From Lytechinus pictus (Eukaryota): a stretch of DNA of 64,000 bases. The notes under the pieces were generated by a model, which was given only the letters and a program-made list of their open reading frames with translations, had not been told where the DNA came from and did no database searches. This document shows, one piece after another, positions 60,022 through 64,000 of the stretch (position 1 is its first letter; each line of letters begins with the position of its first letter). The DNA lies in NCBI RefSeq assembly GCF_037042905.1, contig NC_087256.1:1364001-1428000 (forward strand), in the 5' to 3' direction. A program made the translations under genes and the position numbers.

Positions 60022-60473
60022 CAGGGACTCAGTTTTATAATTATGAGGGGAGCAGTAAAAAGCTCTCCTAAAACTTTTAAGGGGAGCACTACAAAAAGCT
60101 CTTCTTTGACGTACAAGGGAATCTCTCATGTCCGATTTCAATATGGATGGAGGAATGTACACTAAGGCACAACCCACAACCAAAGGAGACAAACAATCAG
60201 ATATAGATCTATGCAATATTTATCTCATTGAACTTTTTAATGTAATTCTTGCAAGTGTGTTATTGCTTACAAAAGTTACAATATAATTGAGTGTTATTTA
60301 CAAAACCTTGACAGAGAATGAGGTTTTCAAGGTTGACTCTATCAGTTTGATCATTGACTGACAAGTAATGACTAAGTAATCGCTGAGGCGAGTGATAAAT
60401 CGCTCTACCAAAAATGGATTAAGGAGAACGGTAGCGAGTGATCGTTCTCTCTCCCCTTAAAACTGAGTCCCTG
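60022..60473. mobile_element. hAT-type MITE
   Basis: Perfect 16-bp TIR CAGGGACTCAGTTTTA / TAAAACTGAGTCCCTG; imperfect TSD (atatatct / atatcttt). Confidence 0.78.
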
Positions 60474-60898
60474 ATATCTTTAATGGATTTAAGATTTTCC
60501 CCCCACACAATCAAGATTAGGTTAAATTGTCTTGTTATATTATCATCTGTGATTGCAGTATGTGTCTTCTGAGCTGAACAGACAGCCAATTCTGTGGTTG
60601 GCCAGAGATGAGATTGCAGAACTAGCAGATTAACAGTCTATTTCTCTGAGAGAATATTATTGAATTCTTTGGTTAGATTTTAAACCTTCAACAATTTTTA
60701 GACAGGTCTCTCTACCTAATTTTCATGATTATGTAATGTATTTAAACCAATCATCTAGCAAATCAGAAGAACCACTCCAGGGATAGTGTGTTGCATGTTT
60801 TGCATCCTTCTTCATTGGCATTGAGAGATCAACCTCTGTAGTAGTTGAACTAATTTTACAACTTTGAATCTAGAGTTATTTCAATATGCGTCATCAAT

Positions 60899-61063
60899 TG
60901 GTGCGCTAGTTGGTGCGCTAGTGCCCTTTGGTAAGGCATTAATCCTCATTACCAGGTCCTTCGGAGAGGACCTTAAGCCGTCGGTCCTCTGGTTGCTTGC
61001 TTACAAGCATTCATGCTTTCTTAGCAATCAGGTAAAAAATCCCCACCAATCAATCAATCAATC
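60899..61063 (+). mobile_element. 5'-truncated SINE with (CAAT)n tail
   Basis: Body matches the reverse complement of the 37484-37677 SINE; the tRNA head is missing. Confidence 0.8.
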
Positions 61064-61067
61064 AAAA

Positions 61068-61463
61068 AATAGAATTGGAAACACCGTTTGTGAAGGATGA
61101 ATAGTGGTGCATCTTGGATAAATGCCCTTGGGGGCAGGCACTGAAACTTTGCCCCTTGTAACATGAGACACCAGAGTGAGCACATAAATTGATGCTAGTG
61201 GCTTCTTTGGTTCATCAGAATCTTTCCAGAATTTTTCTAAACTTGGGAATTGTTTTATTTCAATATGCATCATGAATAGAATCAGAAACACCGTTTGTGA
61301 GCGATGAATCGTGGCATATCTTGGAAAAATGTCCTTGGGGCAGGCACTGAAACTTTGCCCCTTGTAACATTAGACATACAGAAAGCACATAAATTGATGC
61401 CATTGGCTTTGGTTCATTAGTTAATCTTTCCAGAATTTTTGTAATCTTATGAATTGTTTTTTG
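61068..61463. repeat. Tandem duplication, ~208-bp period, 2 copies
   Basis: aatagaat..gaaacaccgtttgtga...ggggcaggcactgaaactttgccccttgtaacat...aatctttccagaattttt occurs twice. Confidence 0.85.
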
Positions 61464-61612
61464 TTCCTCATGAAAGTGGAATGGGTTCATGTGTCCCTCT
61501 TGCCTCTTCCTCCAACGCTACCAAGATCATGGTTATATTTTCATTGTGATTTGAAAGTCTATTTTCTTCAATATTTATGAGTTACAGTGTACTTAACTTA
61601 TTGAGAATCCTG

Positions 61613-62395
61613 GCAGGTGTTTCATAAAGCTGTTCGTAAGTTAAAGAGCGACTTTAAAGGGGAATCCAGCCTTGGCCATTAAATGTTGTGTTGGGAAGGA
61701 GAAAAATAAATTAAACAGAATGGTGAAAGTTTGAAAGAAATCGGACAAGCAATAAGAAAGTTATAGCTGCTTTAAAATTGAGATCACTAATACTATGTAG
61801 ATTTCAAATTGGCAACTGGATAAGTAAATTATGACAAGGGGCAAGGACAACTTTCCCATAGGCCATGTACTTTATTATCAGGGATTAGTGGTTTTCTCCT
61901 AAGTACCCATTCCCCTGGGGCAGTAATCTAAATATAACCCAGGTAGTATATTGTTTTATGTCCTCATGAAAGAAAAATATTAATTTGAAATAAAACTTTT
62001 GGGAAAAATCACATTTTCGCCATGATATGAATTGGAGTACATGGAAGAGTAGTCCTTGCCTTACATCACTATGACATCCCATATGCGGCCAATTTGAAGT
62101 CTCCATGGGTACAGTGATTACCAATATTTACAACTTTTAAAAATTCATAACTTTCTTGTTGTTTGTCCAATATTGTTCAAACTTTCACCTATCAACTTGT
62201 CTGATTTTTCTTTTCTTTATAAAAACAATTTTTTATTTGGGTTGGATTCCCCTTTAAGGACGACTGGTGATCCTTTCTTATGGTAAATGATATTCACCAT
62301 TAATGTTCATTGTTGATTATTTAGTGTGTAAGGAAGGTTCACCAGTCGTTCTTAAAGTCACTCTTAACTTACTAACAGATTTATGAAACGGCCTT
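61613..62395. mobile_element. Harbinger-like MITE split by a Kolobok-like insertion (61658-62253)
   Basis: Outer CTG TSD and gtttcataaagctg TIRs; the inner element sits in the MITE's gactTTAAgaacgact site with TTAA duplicated. Confidence 0.88.
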
Positions 62396-63424
62396 CTGGT
62401 TGTCTATTTTGGAGGAAGATCACAATAGATTTCATATTCCAGTTACTGCTTCTCAACTTTGATGCTCCCTATCAGCATTTTCAAAACTGGTCCTTTCAAG
62501 AAATGATCTTAAGACCCAACGACCTCGTAGGAATGATACTGAGCCAAACCAAGAGCAATTTTTGTCCTACTTGTATTTGATATTAATTTCAGCATATAGT
62601 AAATTACCTCCCTAGACACCTCATTTATCAGTATTTCATACAGATTAAAATCAGTTTTAACCTGAAAGAAATAAATTCTAACAATCCTTGCAAGTGCGCA
62701 TGATTTATTCTCTCATGTTGCAACTAATATCCCATACTGAAAAATAAGATATCAAGAGATCATTTCCTGTTAGATTTTCTTATGAGTTTATAACTTCCAT
62801 CTGGATATTGTACATGAATGTCTGCTATTATTTGTATACCGGTACTCATGCTCGTTCCATCCATGAAGACTGAATGTTGCCTGTATGTGTTCTAGTGTGT
62901 GTTATTATGAACCTTCATGCTTAGTTAAAGGAAATTGGGTTTCTGTGTGATAAGTGAATGTGATTTCATGCAATGCTCCATCTTCAGCAATTCATGCTGA
63001 AGATGGATTGAGAATGGGAGAGACAAGAGAGAGGGATGGGGGCAGAATGAGGTAGAAAGATGGAGGAAGACAGAGAGAAGGGGGTAGAGAGGCAGAGACA
63101 GATAAAGAAGGGTAGAGAGATAGGAGTTATTAATGGAGGGGAGGCAGAAAACTGTTCAATTTGGTGGAGAAAAAAAATTAGCACAGAAGTGTTGTAGCAA
63201 AATGAAAGTTTGCACTTGGACTAAGAAAGAACTGATGGAAATAATAAAGAGAAGATAATTGAATTAAATGTGTTATATATTAAAGTTGGATTGCAAACTT
63301 GTGATAAGGGTGGAGGATATGAGCATAGACTAGAGGTTGAAATAGAGTTTGTAAAAGAAGGATGGAGAGATTTCCTAATGGACCGTGCAAACTTGAGTAA
63401 ACTTTAGAAGTGAAATAACAATTA

Positions 63425-63599
63425 TGATTATGCTGATGGCAATGTGATAGCAATGATGATGCAGTGGTGATGACAATTCCTGTGATTGTAACAATGATTG
63501 TCAAAATTATGATGAAGATTGTGATGATGATCATAGCATGGATGATGGAAATGATGATGATGGTATTGATAATGACGATACGATGATGATGATGATGAT
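63425..63599. repeat. Degenerate (GAT)n microsatellite
   Basis: Directly visible. Confidence 0.75.
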
Positions 63600-64000
63600 T
63601 TTTGTCTCACCTGCATAGCAGAGTGAGACTATAGGCGCCGCTTTTCCGACGGCGACGGCGGCGGCGGCGTCAACACCAAATCTTAACCTGAGGTTAAGTT
63701 TTTGAAATGACAGCATAACTTAGAAAGTATATGGACCTAGTTCATGAAACTTGGCCATAAGGTTAATCAAGTATTACTAAACATCCTGCCTGAGTTTCAT
63801 GTCACATGACCAAGGTCAAAGGTCATTTAGGGTCAATGAACTTAGACCATGTTGGGGGAATCAACATCAAAATCTTAACCTAAGGTTAAGTTTTTGAAAT
63901 GTCATCATAACTTAGAAAATATATGGACCTAGTTCATGAAACTTATACATAAGGTTAATCAAGTATCACTGAACATCCTGCATGAGTTTCACATCACATG
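63600..64000 (+). mobile_element. Satellite-bearing non-autonomous element (Helentron/DINE-Pearl-like), runs off the window
   Basis: T-tract, short hairpin gtctcac...gtgagac, (CGG)n microsatellite, then ~192-bp tandem units (63671, 63862) containing tgaaacttgg and ggtcaaaggtca motifs. Confidence 0.7.

Overview
AT-rich animal genomic DNA with spliceosomal GT-AG introns; the repeat content suggests a marine invertebrate deuterostome, probably a sea urchin (inference). I rebuilt three protein-coding genes by hand from splice sites and reading-frame phases. (1) A complete ENTPD4/7-type apyrase on the minus strand: 10 coding exons, 27343->12642, 614 or 623 aa. (2) A complete BNIP1/SEC20 ER SNARE on the plus strand: 6 coding exons, 27737-34800, 225 aa, head-to-head with ENTPD and only 393 bp between the start codons. 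(3) The 5' part of an NSD-family H3K36 methyltransferase on the plus strand: 5 coding exons from 48226 encoding a BET-ET-binding motif, PWWP1, an HMG box and an AT-hook; no PHD or SET exons are visible in the window. The rest is introns and UTRs packed with non-autonomous DNA transposons (hAT-type with 8-bp TSD, PIF/Harbinger-type with 3-bp TSD, TTAA-flanked Kolobok-like, several nested), tRNA-derived SINEs, decayed LINE fragments, a satellite-bearing element and microsatellites. The most notable observations are: tandem in-frame splice donors in ENTPD that mirror the human LALP70/LALP70v 'VSFASSQQ' switch; a diverged inverted repeat bracketing the shared promoter and both first exons; a 4.35-kb hAT-type element with perfect TSD but no transposase; candidate truncating exons for a short NSD isoform; and ENTPD-BNIP1-NSD microsynteny matching the vertebrate 4/5/8/10 paralogon. 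I found no prokaryotic-type system, CRISPR array or functional RNA gene, and no clearly new biological system can be asserted from sequence alone.
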